Positions 20,811 to 31,735 are shown, counted from the first letter of the stretch. The stretch: 64,000 nt of DNA from Candidatus Hodarchaeota archaeon (GCA_048886685.1 JBHLKM010000013.1:32001-96000); one strand, 5' to 3'. The notes: generated by a model from the sequence alone, not told the origin. Numbers and translations: made by a program.

Positions 20811-21359
20811 ATGGTTAAAATATCAGATTTAAAGATTGGACAAGTTCTTCAAAACGAATTTGAAGGAATAACAAGAGATTTATTAAAAGATTATGCCAAA
20901 GCTTCGGGAGATACTAATCCCATACATACTAATGACGCTGTAGCAGAAGCAGCAGGATTAAAAGGAGTTATTGCGCATGGATTATTTTCATTTGGTTTTA
21001 TTTCCAAGCTCTTTGAAGACTTTCTTGAACATGGAAAGTATGGTAAAATTATTGAGTTTCTAGTGGAGATGCGTGGGATGGTAAGGGTCGGAGATCGACT
21101 TGTGACAGAAGCTACAATTGAAAAAATTGAGGGAAAAAAAGTTTTTTTTAACGTCAACCAAATTACTTTTACTAATGTCGACATTAAAGATAAAGAGGGT
21201 AATATAGTAAAACAATTCGAAGCTGGTGAAAGAGGATATATCTCTGAAAAAGATATTGAACGAGGTTTAGTAAAAACAAAAGAAGTTGAGGAAGGTACCT
21301 TAACATATCGAGAAAGAGTTGCAACTCCTGGTACTGCTGTTATTGAACTTTTTAAATAA
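20811..21359 (+). CDS. MaoC-family (R)-enoyl-CoA hydratase
   Basis: YAKASGDTNPIH...GVIAHG. Confidence 0.9.
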   Translation: MVKISDLKIGQVLQNEFEGITRDLLKDYAKASGDTNPIHTNDAVAEAAGLKGVIAHGLFSFGFISKLFEDFLEHGKYGKIIEFLVEMRGMVRVGDRLVTEATIEKIEGKKVFFNVNQITFTNVDIKDKEGNIVKQFEAGERGYISEKDIERGLVKTKEVEEGTLTYRERVATPGTAVIELFK

Positions 21360-21519
21360 TTAAAAAATCTCGTTCACTACTTTTTATTTTTTTTTAAAAT
21401 TTTACAACTAGTCTCTTTTTTTAGATGGTTTGAAAGATATTTATACTAGATAAAAGATATTTTTAATAGAAGAGAACTTTGAGATAAAAAAATCTAATAA
21501 TATTTTTTTAAAAACCACA

Positions 21520-24444
21520 TTGACATCTTTAACTTTAGACACTGAAAAAATTGAAACATTGATCCTTAATGGATATAATGAAGAGGCAGCTGAAGATATA
21601 TTTAGTTTTATTGAAGATTATCAAAATCATCATGATAAAGAACTCATTTACAGATGTCTTAGTTTATTAAACCTGATTTGTGATAAATCTCCTTCAATAG
21701 CAGAAAGAACTGTAAAAAATGTGAAGAATTTCATTAATGACTCGGATTCTTGGATAAGATTGGTTTCTTTGGAGATCTTATATCAAATCAGTATGTTTAG
21801 ACCAAACTTGTTAATAGATTTAATCGATAAAATCAGAGGACGATTATTTGATCAAGATCCAACTGTGAGAAGATTAACTGTAAAAATTATTGGAAATTTG
21901 ATATTAACACTTCACATTGATTTAGAAGAAATTCACGAAATAATCGAGGAATACACAGAAAAATTGATGGATAATGATTGGAAAGTAAAACTTAATGTAA
22001 TAAAGACTATACAAAAAATACTAAATCAAGATTATACTAAAATCAGAAACTTGGAACCACTACTATCAATGGTAATAATCAATCTTAGAGATGAAGATGA
22101 TGATGTTGCAAAAGCTGCCACTGAGCTCCTTAAGATTCATGGCACATACTTCTTATCTAAAGAAAAATTATTCTATATTCTACTCAACCTTCTTTATAAT
22201 GAAAAAAATAGAGTCAAAGAATTAATTATTTGGTTATTTGGAGAAATTGGTAAAGAAAAATCTTCTGAAATAATATCGATTATCCCAAAACTAATAAATC
22301 TCTTAAAAGAAAATGATTATCGCATCCAATCAAAAGTAATAGAAGCTCTCGTAAATATCGCAGAAAATAATTTTGACCAAATATGGGCTAATTTATTAAA
22401 TTCAATGTCAGAAACGGGAGATTCTTATTATAGAAATTCATTAATAAATGCGTTATATCAGCTCTGTCAAAAAAATATTACAGAAATATTTCCTTATTTC
22501 TTCGAAGAATTAGAGAATCCTTCTGAAAACATTAGAGAAGGAATTGCCCTTGTGTTTAAACGTTTATTTGAAGAATATCAAATTGAAATTGAAAATGAAA
22601 TAACGAGAATATTATATCGATTAGAGTCGCGTTATTGGAGAGAGAGAAAACAAACAATTAATCTTTTAAACCACATATGTTTCATTTTAAAAAATCATAA
22701 AATTGCTGTCTGGATTACAATTGAATTGAATAATTCTTTACAAATTGAAAAAGATCCAGAAGTGAAGGAAGAGATCTATTTCACATTAGAAAATATTAAT
22801 AATAACTTTAAAAAAATTGATTCTACAATAAAACGAATAAATTATGAATTAGCATTATTTCATAATAAAATTTTAAAGTTTCAAAAAATTCCAGCACAGT
22901 TCAGAGAAAAACTAAATTCCTATATTGAGAATTTTAAATTTAACGACACAGAAGTTCAATTAAATCGAAAATATAGTAAAATTCTTAAGAAAATCAAAAA
23001 GTTTGATAATCTAATTAATAAATTTGACTATAAAAGGTTAGCTTTTGAATTAATTGAAGAATGGGAAGATACTAAAGTCCAGATTATTGAAGAATTAAGC
23101 ATTATAAAAAGTTTCATCTCTCAGATATGCGAAGAGAAAAAACAAGAGTTTATCTCTGATTTACATCAAGAAATTAAGTTATTAGATAATCGCATAAGTA
23201 TCCTAAAAGCTGAATTTGATTACATAAAAGAAAATGAACTTGAAATGAATGTTAACACTGGTGAAAATGAAACATTTACTTATATAACCCAAATAAGAAG
23301 GAAGCTATTTAAGTTAGATGGAGAAATAAGAGAATTAATGATAAACAATGTAGAGTTTGATGAGATCTTTAAAGATCTGGTAAGAAAATGGGTTTCAATA
23401 AAAATTGAAATTCAGGAATATTTAATTGATTTAGACAGACAATTTAAGACTATAAAAGATGATTTAGTCGACTATATGCTACAAAGTAGAGTCGCAGGGG
23501 AAATATCTGATACTGAAGAAATAAACGGGATTGATAATGTACTTAGATTTCAACTCCTTCAGGGACATATCCAATCGATTATTACAGAAAGAATCGAAGG
23601 AATTAAAAAACTCAATGATAATTTTGAAACACTCTTATCAAAATTAGAATTTTTAATAAAAACTAATGAGTTTAGTGATGGTCAAAAGTTATTAGAAATG
23701 AATTCCAGACAAATCCAGAATTACATAGCGGAAACTGATAAACAAATTGAAAATATACTCGGTAAAGAGAAATTATTGGAAGATAATAATGTATTTAACT
23801 TATATGTGAGACCATACATTAACAAATTAAACACTTCAAAAGAATTATTGATAAATCGACTTAAAGATTTCATGCGAAAGGGAAACGATAAACTGTATTT
23901 AAATCAAATTAAGTATTATTCGAAGATTAGTAATCCGATAAATTTAGATTTACTCTCGAAATTTTTAAATATTAACACAGAGCAACTAAAAGAAACTGCT
24001 CTTAAATTCATCAACAATAATAAGCTTAATGCCAAAATTGTAAATGAAAAATTATTATTTGATCAAATCGAATCTGATATTACAGATTCTAAAGACGTTT
24101 TATTTTTTAAAAATATTAAGACAATTGGTAATGAAATATATTTGAACTTCAAACTAACTAATCCTTCAAATTTTGATTTTCGAGATTTTCAAATTTCTCT
24201 AAAAGTACCAACTTATGTTAATATACAGAGAAAACAAAGCTTCCCAAAATATCTACAGTTAAATGAGTTAAAACCTGGTAGCGCATTTAAATTTAATTAT
24301 GTCTGTAAGATTGATAAACAAAAAGAACTTAAGAAAAATCTGTTTGATCCGACAGCAGATGAAATTAAACTTGAATTATTCTACAAAGATCAATTCAACA
24401 ATACAAGAAAGACAACTAAACATATCGATTTATTTATCCCATAA
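21520..24444 (+). CDS. HEAT-repeat / helical / PCI-like wHTH / Ig-like appendage protein
   Basis: HEAT repeats (D.DSWIR, DQDPTVR, DNDWKVK, DEDDDVA, ENPSENIR); INLDLLSKFLNINTEQL..FINNNKLNAKI; C-terminal beta-sandwich. Confidence 0.75.
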   Translation: MTSLTLDTEKIETLILNGYNEEAAEDIFSFIEDYQNHHDKELIYRCLSLLNLICDKSPSIAERTVKNVKNFINDSDSWIRLVSLEILYQISMFRPNLLIDLIDKIRGRLFDQDPTVRRLTVKIIGNLILTLHIDLEEIHEIIEEYTEKLMDNDWKVKLNVIKTIQKILNQDYTKIRNLEPLLSMVIINLRDEDDDVAKAATELLKIHGTYFLSKEKLFYILLNLLYNEKNRVKELIIWLFGEIGKEKSSEIISIIPKLINLLKENDYRIQSKVIEALVNIAENNFDQIWANLLNSMSETGDSYYRNSLINALYQLCQKNITEIFPYFFEELENPSENIREGIALVFKRLFEEYQIEIENEITRILYRLESRYWRERKQTINLLNHICFILKNHKIAVWITIELNNSLQIEKDPEVKEEIYFTLENINNNFKKIDSTIKRINYELALFHNKILKFQKIPAQFREKLNSYIENFKFNDTEVQLNRKYSKILKKIKKFDNLINKFDYKRLAFELIEEWEDTKVQIIEELSIIKSFISQICEEKKQEFISDLHQEIKLLDNRISILKAEFDYIKENELEMNVNTGENETFTYITQIRRKLFKLDGEIRELMINNVEFDEIFKDLVRKWVSIKIEIQEYLIDLDRQFKTIKDDLVDYMLQSRVAGEISDTEEINGIDNVLRFQLLQGHIQSIITERIEGIKKLNDNFETLLSKLEFLIKTNEFSDGQKLLEMNSRQIQNYIAETDKQIENILGKEKLLEDNNVFNLYVRPYINKLNTSKELLINRLKDFMRKGNDKLYLNQIKYYSKISNPINLDLLSKFLNINTEQLKETALKFINNNKLNAKIVNEKLLFDQIESDITDSKDVLFFKNIKTIGNEIYLNFKLTNPSNFDFRDFQISLKVPTYVNIQRKQSFPKYLQLNELKPGSAFKFNYVCKIDKQKELKKNLFDPTADEIKLELFYKDQFNNTRKTTKHIDLFIP

Positions 24445-24654
24445 ATTTGTATAACGAATTAAACTCTTCTCGATTTTAAATATTGTTATAAATTTGAAAT
24501 AGCATTTTTTCCTCCATATAACTTTTTATAAGAAATTTGCTTATCTTTTTAGTGAATTTATTTATTTTTTCAATAAATTATATGAAAAAGATTAATATAT
24601 TCATAATTCTAAATTAAGATACTAATCATATGATTTAAAAAATTGAGGTGAAGG

Positions 24655-25686
24655 ATGCAAGAGTTAGAGAGTTATCGATTAACATTGCAAACGAAACTTT
24701 TTGGCTGAAATTGTAAACTCGACGCGGAAAAATTAGACAAGCTACTGTCCAACGTTGGATTAAAAGGTGATATTGAGGATTCTTCTGTAATTCTAGTACC
24801 TGGTACTGATCTTGCCATGGTAAAAAACATTGATATTTTCACTCCAATCATAGATGAGCCAGAAATCATGGGAGAGATCGCTGCTGCCAATGTAACTAAC
24901 GACATTTTTGCACTAAACGTATTAAACGTTTCAGGAATGCTTGTATTCTTAGGAATGAAGAAAAATATGCCTATGTACATCGCTGAAGGCTTATTAAAGG
25001 GAATCAAAAATTTCATGGAAAACAAGATAAACTCCAAAGTCCTTGGTGGTCATACTATATATTCAGAATGGCCGTTAATAGGTGGCGAGGCTTCTGGATT
25101 TGTAGATAAAAACAAGATTATTAGAAAAAACTATGTTGATAAGGGAGATATACTAATACTAACCAAACCTGTAGGAAATCAAGCCATCATGGCAGCATAT
25201 CGTCTACAAAAAAACAATCCCGCTCTTATAGAGAATTATTCAACATCAGAAATTGATACTTCGATTGATTTAGCAGTTGAATTAATGACTAAACCACTTC
25301 AAGATGTAGTAGAAGTTATACATTCTTACTCTGACGTTAAATTTGTTCACTCAATGACAGATGTCTCTGGATTCGGTTTAGCAGGTCATTTAAAAGAGAT
25401 GCTACAAAATTCTAAACTTTCAGCGACTATTAACCAAGTGCCTATTATTAAATTAACTAGAGAATTGGCTGATGATTTTGGCTATAAATTTAATTCATGC
25501 GAAATGCCAGAAACTGCCGGTGGAATGCTCCTCTCTGTAGATCATAAACAAGCAGAAGAGTTCTCAGAACGACTCATAAAGTTTGGTGTCCCAAATTGGA
25601 TTATTGGATCAATCGATAACGTTCACGAGGCTAAATATGTTCACGTTTCTGAAGATGTTGAACATATTGAAATAACAAAATTCTAA
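24655..25686 (+). CDS. selD: Selenophosphate synthetase, selenoprotein (Sec at codon 18, TGA 24706-24708)
   Basis: GAGGTG SD, ATG 24655, YRLT...FG-TGA-NCKL in frame with DIFTP, NDIFA, GGHT, TDVSGFGLAGH, ETAGGML. Confidence 0.93.
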
Positions 25687-25758
25687 CGATGTCGAGGAAA
25701 TAAGCAAAAACACATCATTGTGGGTGCTTATTGAGAATTCTGTTGCCCAACAGCATCG
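25687..25758 (+). promoter_or_regulatory. SECIS element (eukaryote-like, AGGA/GA core)
   Basis: AGGA-A-ATAAGC-AAAAA-CAC..GTG-GGT-GCTTAT-T-GA-G; near-identical to the element after the second selD. Confidence 0.8.
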
Positions 25759-25984
25759 AAAAATATTGATAGCTTTTGTTATTTTATTATTTTACAACTT
25801 TCTTTTCTTCCCGTAAATTATAAATTCAATTCTATTTATTCTTATTTATTGAAATTATCGATAGATAATATCGAAAAGATTAATTAATATTTCCTATTAT
25901 TTAAGAAATATATTAAATGGATTTAATAAAAAATAATTGTATAATATTACATACTCAAAATCTTAATTTCAGTGTGAGGTGATT

Positions 25985-27013
25985 ATGCCTAAAGAGTCAG
26001 ACTATAGATTGACAAAACAAGTGAAAATTTTCGGATGATCGTGTAAGTTAGGTGCAAATGAATTAAATGATTTACTTGAGAAAACTGGTCTAGCTGGAGA
26101 TATCGAAGATGCTGCTATTGTTCCTGTTCCGAATTCTGATATCGTTCAAGTGAAGAATTTAGATATCTTTACCCCTATCGTTGATGAACCGGATATTATG
26201 GGGCAGATTGCAGCATGTAATGTAACAAATGACATATTCGCTATGAATGTTCCTGAAATTTCCGGAATGTTGGTATTTTTAGGGATTAGTACAAAAACTC
26301 CAATGAAGATAGCAGAAGGAATATTAGAAGGAATTAAATACTTCATGGAGAAAAAAATCAACTCGAAAGTTGTAGGAGGTCATACAATCTACTCAGAATG
26401 GCCATTAATTGGCGGAGAAGCTTCGGGATTCGTCAATAAAAACGCCATTATTTATAAACAAGGAGCTAAAAACGGAGATAAGCTATTATTAACTAAACCT
26501 ATAGGTTTACAACCTATAATGGCATCCTACAGGATTTTAAAAGATATGCCAGAGATGCTTGAAACATATTCTGAAAAGCAACTTAGAAAATCAATAAAAC
26601 TCGCAATAAAAATAATGACAAGTTCGAATCAAGATGTTGTAAAAACGATTCATTCCTTGGATGATTTTTCATTTATTCATTCAATGACAGATGTTACAGG
26701 GTTTGGTCTGGCGGGGCATCTATTAGAAATGCTTCAAAACTCTGATTTATCCGCAATTATTGAGACCATACCCTCCATTAAGCACTCTCAAAGCCTTGCT
26801 GAGGATTTGGGTTATGCATTTGATGAATGTGAATGCGCAGAAACTGCTGGTGGTATGCTTATGGCTATTGATCCTTCAAATATAGAAGAATTTTCTGACA
26901 TTCTTTCAGAAAAAGGAATTTCAAATTGGATTGTAGGTACAATTGATACAGTAACTCCTGGACTTGTGAGAATTTCAGAGAACGTTGAGAATATAGAAAT
27001 TACTAATTTTTAA
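25985..27013 (+). CDS. selD: Selenophosphate synthetase paralogue 2, selenoprotein (TGA 26036-26038)
   Basis: GAGGTGA SD, ATG 25985, YRLTKQVKIFG-TGA-SCKL in frame with ORF 26150..27013. Confidence 0.93.
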
Positions 27014-27081
27014 CGATGTTGATGATATAAGCTAAAACACATTATAGTGGGTGCTTATTGAAATTTCCACCTGCGAGGTGG
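27014..27081 (+). promoter_or_regulatory. SECIS element (eukaryote-like, AUGA/GA core)
   Basis: ATGA 27022-25, stem ATAAGC/GCTTAT, unpaired AAAA, apical CAC/GTG, TGA 27059-61, then hairpin CCACCT/AGGTGG. Confidence 0.88.
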
Positions 27082-27095
27082 CTTCAAATTTGCAA

Positions 27096-27890
27096 TTATA
27101 TTCTTTCTTTAATTTCCCCTTTGAGGTTTAAAACTATTTCTCTTATTTCAGATAAAGCTTTATCAACCAATTCTTCACCATGTTCTAAATTAAAAGCAGT
27201 AATAGAAACCTCAACCAAAACGGAGAGACCAATTTTAGGATGGGTTTTGATCCATAATTGAGGATATTTTTCTTCTAACTCACTAGTATATGGAGCAATT
27301 TGGCTTTCTCCAATACCGGAGAAAAGAAATCCTTTTTCGATGAACTTACCTTTCTTTTCTTTTAAAATTGGATTAATAATATTTCTAAACATTGACTTCA
27401 TCTCTGCTGGTACTCCTGGAAGTATAAAAATTGTTGTATTTTTTTCTTTAATTTTCACCCCTGGGGCAGTACCTACCGTATTTGGTAAAGGTATGGAGCC
27501 TTGAGGGAGATATGCCATTTTTTTTCGTTCTTTTGTCATTCCCTCAAGTTTTAAAATTCCTCGTTCATACGCATGTTTGTAAGTTTTCTTTATAGAATTG
27601 AGAGCATGTTCATTAAGTACCAATTTTCTTTTTAAGCCAAATGCTATTCCCTCCAAAGTCATATCATCAAAGGTTGGGCCCAATCCTCCCGAAGTAATAA
27701 CCAAGTCTGGACTTCGACTCAAAATTTCTTGTATTGTACTAGAAATTACATTCAGGTCATCTCCTACCGTTGAAATTCTTTTTAGTTGATGACCATAGCG
27801 AGCAATCCTTTTTGCCATCCAATTTGAATTGCTATCAAGAGTTTTCCCGATTAAAATTTCGTTTCCAATTACGAGTATTTCTGTATCCAT
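27096..27890 (-). CDS. CinA-like molybdopterin-binding-domain protein
   Basis: IGNEIL.G...DSN, GGLGPTFDDMT, GTAPG, LPGVP.EM. Confidence 0.9.
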   Translation of the reverse strand: MDTEILVIGNEILIGKTLDSNSNWMAKRIARYGHQLKRISTVGDDLNVISSTIQEILSRSPDLVITSGGLGPTFDDMTLEGIAFGLKRKLVLNEHALNSIKKTYKHAYERGILKLEGMTKERKKMAYLPQGSIPLPNTVGTAPGVKIKEKNTTIFILPGVPAEMKSMFRNIINPILKEKKGKFIEKGFLFSGIGESQIAPYTSELEEKYPQLWIKTHPKIGLSVLVEVSITAFNLEHGEELVDKALSEIREIVLNLKGEIKERI

Positions 27891-28035
27891 TTTTTACCAA
27901 CTATAAAGAAGTTTAAAACTTATAATATTTAATAATTTCATTTATTTTTCTTAACAATTTAATTTTATAAAACTTGATATTTATTAATTAATTTAACCAA
28001 GTACCTTTAGATAAAAAAGATACTATTGAAAATCA

Positions 28036-28581
28036 ATGACAATAGAAATCGATGATGCTGGAACAGGGGATCTTGTAGGAGATGCCTTTATTGGACTTCT
28101 AAGAAAGGAAACAGGGGAACTTATCTTTAAATCTTTACCTGTTGACTTATTTAGAGCAGAAAATTGGAAAGATAAGGAACCATTTAAAGAAGCAGTCAAT
28201 TTGATTAAAGATGGATTAAAAGAATTAGACTTTCAAAAGGATAGTGAACTCATTAAACTCTGTAGAGGGAATATATTCGATCAAGTGCGGGAATATTTTT
28301 TGGAAGAAGGTATAAATTATGAAGATGCTATAGTTGAAGGTAAACTTCAAGATGCTGTTGAAGGTAAATTACTTGAACACCTTCGACATGACTTAAATGT
28401 AAGGTCTAGAAACTTGACAAAAAAAAGTGGGGCAAAACGATTCTTTGTTTTATTTAATTGGGTTTGCTATGATTTCTTTAATCGAGAAAAATATGTGAAA
28501 ACTGGATTTAAGAAGTGGAATACAGTTTGGAGAGAACGAGCTATTAAAAAATATAATAAAATAAAGAAAGTAAAGAAATAG
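28036..28581 (+). CDS. Conserved hypothetical protein, RNase H-like fold suspected
   Basis: N-terminal IDDAGTG resembles RNase HII IDEAGRG. Confidence 0.6.
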   Translation: MTIEIDDAGTGDLVGDAFIGLLRKETGELIFKSLPVDLFRAENWKDKEPFKEAVNLIKDGLKELDFQKDSELIKLCRGNIFDQVREYFLEEGINYEDAIVEGKLQDAVEGKLLEHLRHDLNVRSRNLTKKSGAKRFFVLFNWVCYDFFNREKYVKTGFKKWNTVWRERAIKKYNKIKKVKK

Positions 28582-28632
28582 AAATATTCCTAAATTTCTT
28601 CAATATTATTAATAAATTATCTTAACATATTT

Positions 28633-29331
28633 TTAGTTTAATTCAGTTCCACAATTTTTACATTTTTTGGCGTTTTTAGGGTTTTTATCATATCCACACG
28701 CAAAACAAATCACACTTTTACTATCTTTAGATTGTTCAAAATCAAATCTTTCTTGCTTTGATAATGATGGTTGTTTGTGAGTTGAATCTGCTTCAGATCC
28801 TAAACGCTTTTTTACATAATCTTCGTCATGAGGAGTAACTATTTTAAAATCTGTTGAAGTCTGAATCTCTTTGAATCCCTTTGGGATATTTTTAAATTCT
28901 GATTCTTCTATATCTGTAATATCATTTCTATCCATAGCTTTACTAGCTTCAGTCTCTTCTTTTTCATACTCATGAGTCGTTAAAATCTTATTTTCATTTA
29001 ATTCAGAAGTAATATTTTCTTGAATATCTTCTTCTTGTATAAAAGTCTCTTCTTCAAACAAAACTTTTTCTATTTGACCAGCTTTCAAATCTTTTATATG
29101 AGCCATGATACCTTTAGTTCTATTGATTAGCATATTCTTATAAGTAGCGTCAATGTTACGAGATTTTGAAAAATTCAGTGTCATTTCAGAAATCTCTAAC
29201 CAAATTTTAATAGCAGATTCAATTTCATTTCTTCTTTCGTAGCCTTTAGCTAATGCAACCTTAGTTTTCAGCGCTTTATTAAATTTTTCAACATCCATAT
29301 GTGATTTTACCCATTCTTTTAAATACTTCAA
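28633..29331 (-). CDS. MIT-like three-helix domain + acidic linker + Zn ribbon
   Basis: ALAKGYERRNEIESAIKIW...KNMLINRTKGIMAHIKDLK; CFAC..CKNC. Confidence 0.6.
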   Translation of the reverse strand: MKYLKEWVKSHMDVEKFNKALKTKVALAKGYERRNEIESAIKIWLEISEMTLNFSKSRNIDATYKNMLINRTKGIMAHIKDLKAGQIEKVLFEEETFIQEEDIQENITSELNENKILTTHEYEKEETEASKAMDRNDITDIEESEFKNIPKGFKEIQTSTDFKIVTPHDEDYVKKRLGSEADSTHKQPSLSKQERFDFEQSKDSKSVICFACGYDKNPKNAKKCKNCGTELN

Positions 29332-29466
29332 GTTTTACATGTAAATTAAAATTTTTAAATATTTATTTGATTATTTCCCAAAAATTAAAATTTCTTAACA
29401 CTACTATTTCTTTAAGATTAAGTAAGAATTTAATTTCTCTCTTTTAAAGCATTTAAAATAACTAAT

Positions 29467-31356
29467 ATGTCGCTAAACCCATTTTCATCTAATGAAATAA
29501 AAAATCTTCGAGAAGCAATTGAAAAAAATGGATGGAAAATAAATGGTGTTATAGAAAATTATTTTCGATATAGCTTGAAAAAGGAGAAAGTTATTATATT
29601 TACAATAAAATTTCCTATAACCTTACCTTTAAGGTTAAATTTTCCATTTGAAGTTGTAAGTTTTCGAGTTTCATTAGCCTTTCAAATTTGGAACTTGAAT
29701 CAAAATTCTTTTACGACAATCCTCTATTTAATGAAAGCTCTTAGAAGTTTAGCAATATCTCTTACTTTGGAACATTCATTTCCAATCACGGGAAAAGAGC
29801 AGAAAATTATTAGTTTACTAAATTTGATGATTCCAGAATTAATAAGAGGAGAAAATGAGAATACTTGGTTAAATCGCATCAGAATTTCCCTCTTAAATAA
29901 GAGAGACCAATTAAAAGATTTTACAATTGATCAGCATGAAAGCCTTATAGAATCTCTTAAAAACATTGGATTAGAATCCAGCTTTAATTTACCCTGGGAA
30001 TTAAAGGATGGAGTTCCTAAAATCAGAACATCAGAAACTTTATTCTTTTCAAATGAGGATGAATTTAATGAATTCTTCGTCTTAGAAAAGGGCTTTTTTT
30101 CATATTTCAAAGATCTTGAATATAAAAAATTCTACATTAGAAGTTCTTTTGATACTTATTCACCATACTTATTAATCGACTTATTTAATGATTTTTCTGA
30201 TTTTAAGTTAGAAGAATTAGTAGAAAATTGGATTAAATTCTCCAGAATCATTTTAAATTCGATATTAAAGATTATTGATGTTGATAAAATCAATCATAAT
30301 GAACTTCTAAACTTTAGACCTTCAAAGGAATTAATTTTCCGAAGTAAAAATTTTATCTTAGACCAAAATAATTTTCCATTCTCGGCGCTTTGTTATGAGA
30401 GTTCAATCGCAAAAGAATTATTTCCTTTTCATAATGATTTATTTAATAAACCACCAACAAATTTCGAAGAAATTGAAACTATAAATCAGTATACAGATGC
30501 AGAAGAGCTTATTAAGAATTATAGTTTTGAAGAAGCTACAAAACTTTTGAATGAATCTTTAAAAATCTTTAATAAGAATCAACAAAAAAAAGTGGTTGTT
30601 TCAATTCTTTTGAAATTAAGGAAAATTGCTGCTCTTTTAAATAATGAAGAATTGGCACACAATTACTTGGAAAGCGCTCTTGGTGTTGCTAAATCAGGAG
30701 AGGTTCCTATAGATTATATAATAAAAATACATTATAAATTGGGAATTAGTTATTTCAAGAAGAATGATTACAAGAAGGCTTTAATTCACTTCAATATAAT
30801 TATCAATTTTTTACAAAATGAAAAAATTCCTTCCATTAAAGAAGATTATGTTGGAAAAGCATATCTACACATAGGGTTAATCTATTTAGAACAAAATAAG
30901 ATAGTTGAATCAAAAGACTATTTTAGACGAGTGGTTGAAATCGGAAATAAAATACCTAAAATTAGATTAAATTACTTTTTAACTCGTGCTATTCGATTTA
31001 AAAATCAAGGAAACCTTTCACAAGCTCAGAGATTCCTAAAAGCTGGCTTAAATAATACTAATTTCAATCTTAATGATGAACAAAATCTAAATATTTTTAT
31101 AGATTATGTACTAGAATTAGGTGAATTCTATCTCCATCATAGAAAAGATTCCAAGAAAGCAATTTACTATTTGAGCAGCGTAGAAAACTATCTTTCTCCT
31201 AAAGAAATTAAAGGTATAGAGAGAACTATACGGTGGAACTTATTAATGAGTGATTATTATAAAATTATTGAAAGAAATAATGTGAAATCACAATTTCATA
31301 TCAACCAAAGTCGAATCTTAAAAAACCAACTTCAGAAAATAGGAGTAAGTGAATAA
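29467..31356 (+). CDS. TPR-containing protein
   Basis: HYKLGISYFKKNDYKKAL, YLHIGLIYLEQNKIVES. Confidence 0.75.
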   Translation: MSLNPFSSNEIKNLREAIEKNGWKINGVIENYFRYSLKKEKVIIFTIKFPITLPLRLNFPFEVVSFRVSLAFQIWNLNQNSFTTILYLMKALRSLAISLTLEHSFPITGKEQKIISLLNLMIPELIRGENENTWLNRIRISLLNKRDQLKDFTIDQHESLIESLKNIGLESSFNLPWELKDGVPKIRTSETLFFSNEDEFNEFFVLEKGFFSYFKDLEYKKFYIRSSFDTYSPYLLIDLFNDFSDFKLEELVENWIKFSRIILNSILKIIDVDKINHNELLNFRPSKELIFRSKNFILDQNNFPFSALCYESSIAKELFPFHNDLFNKPPTNFEEIETINQYTDAEELIKNYSFEEATKLLNESLKIFNKNQQKKVVVSILLKLRKIAALLNNEELAHNYLESALGVAKSGEVPIDYIIKIHYKLGISYFKKNDYKKALIHFNIIINFLQNEKIPSIKEDYVGKAYLHIGLIYLEQNKIVESKDYFRRVVEIGNKIPKIRLNYFLTRAIRFKNQGNLSQAQRFLKAGLNNTNFNLNDEQNLNIFIDYVLELGEFYLHHRKDSKKAIYYLSSVENYLSPKEIKGIERTIRWNLLMSDYYKIIERNNVKSQFHINQSRILKNQLQKIGVSE

Positions 31357-31368
31357 TAAAAAAAGATT

Positions 31369-31572
31369 TTATCTTGAAAATTGAGATCTTTTAGCACCAA
31401 GACTATCCTGTTGACCTCCAAATCGACCGTTAACAAATCGTGCTTTATATAATTCCCGAAATCGCATCCTTGGAGGTTTTTTCTTTTGAGAATTAACTCC
31501 TGATTTTTCAATTTTAGGAGTCTGCATCTTAACTTTTCCAGCTTTTGTTAATGAACCATGAGAACCAGGCAT
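31369..31572 (-). CDS. rps30e: Ribosomal protein eS30
   Basis: HGSLTKAGKVKMQTPKI. Confidence 0.95.
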   Translation of the reverse strand: MPGSHGSLTKAGKVKMQTPKIEKSGVNSQKKKPPRMRFRELYKARFVNGRFGGQQDSLGAKRSQFSR

Positions 31573-31735
31573 TTTCTTTTAATCAACTTGTTTTTATTAT
31601 CAATAATATGATTATATAAATAAATTCAAATTCTTAAATTTTGCTGTCAAACGCGAATCTTAAAGATCGGACTCCAATTTTTTATTAAATTTATTAATAA
31701 TTTTGTTAATTAAACTAAAGCTTATTTTGTGCATT

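Noticed and set aside
24706-26038. selD genes as nonsense pseudogenes, or UGA=Trp code
   Set aside because: Same TGA at the catalytic site in both paralogues with SECIS elements; other genes use TGA as stop; tRNA-Trp anticodon is CCA
24672-26361. Similar antisense ORFs 24672..25037 and 26146..26361
   Set aside because: Shadows of the duplicated selD genes
27058-27261. 67-aa ORF after selD2
   Set aside because: Overlaps the SECIS and is antisense to the CinA-like gene
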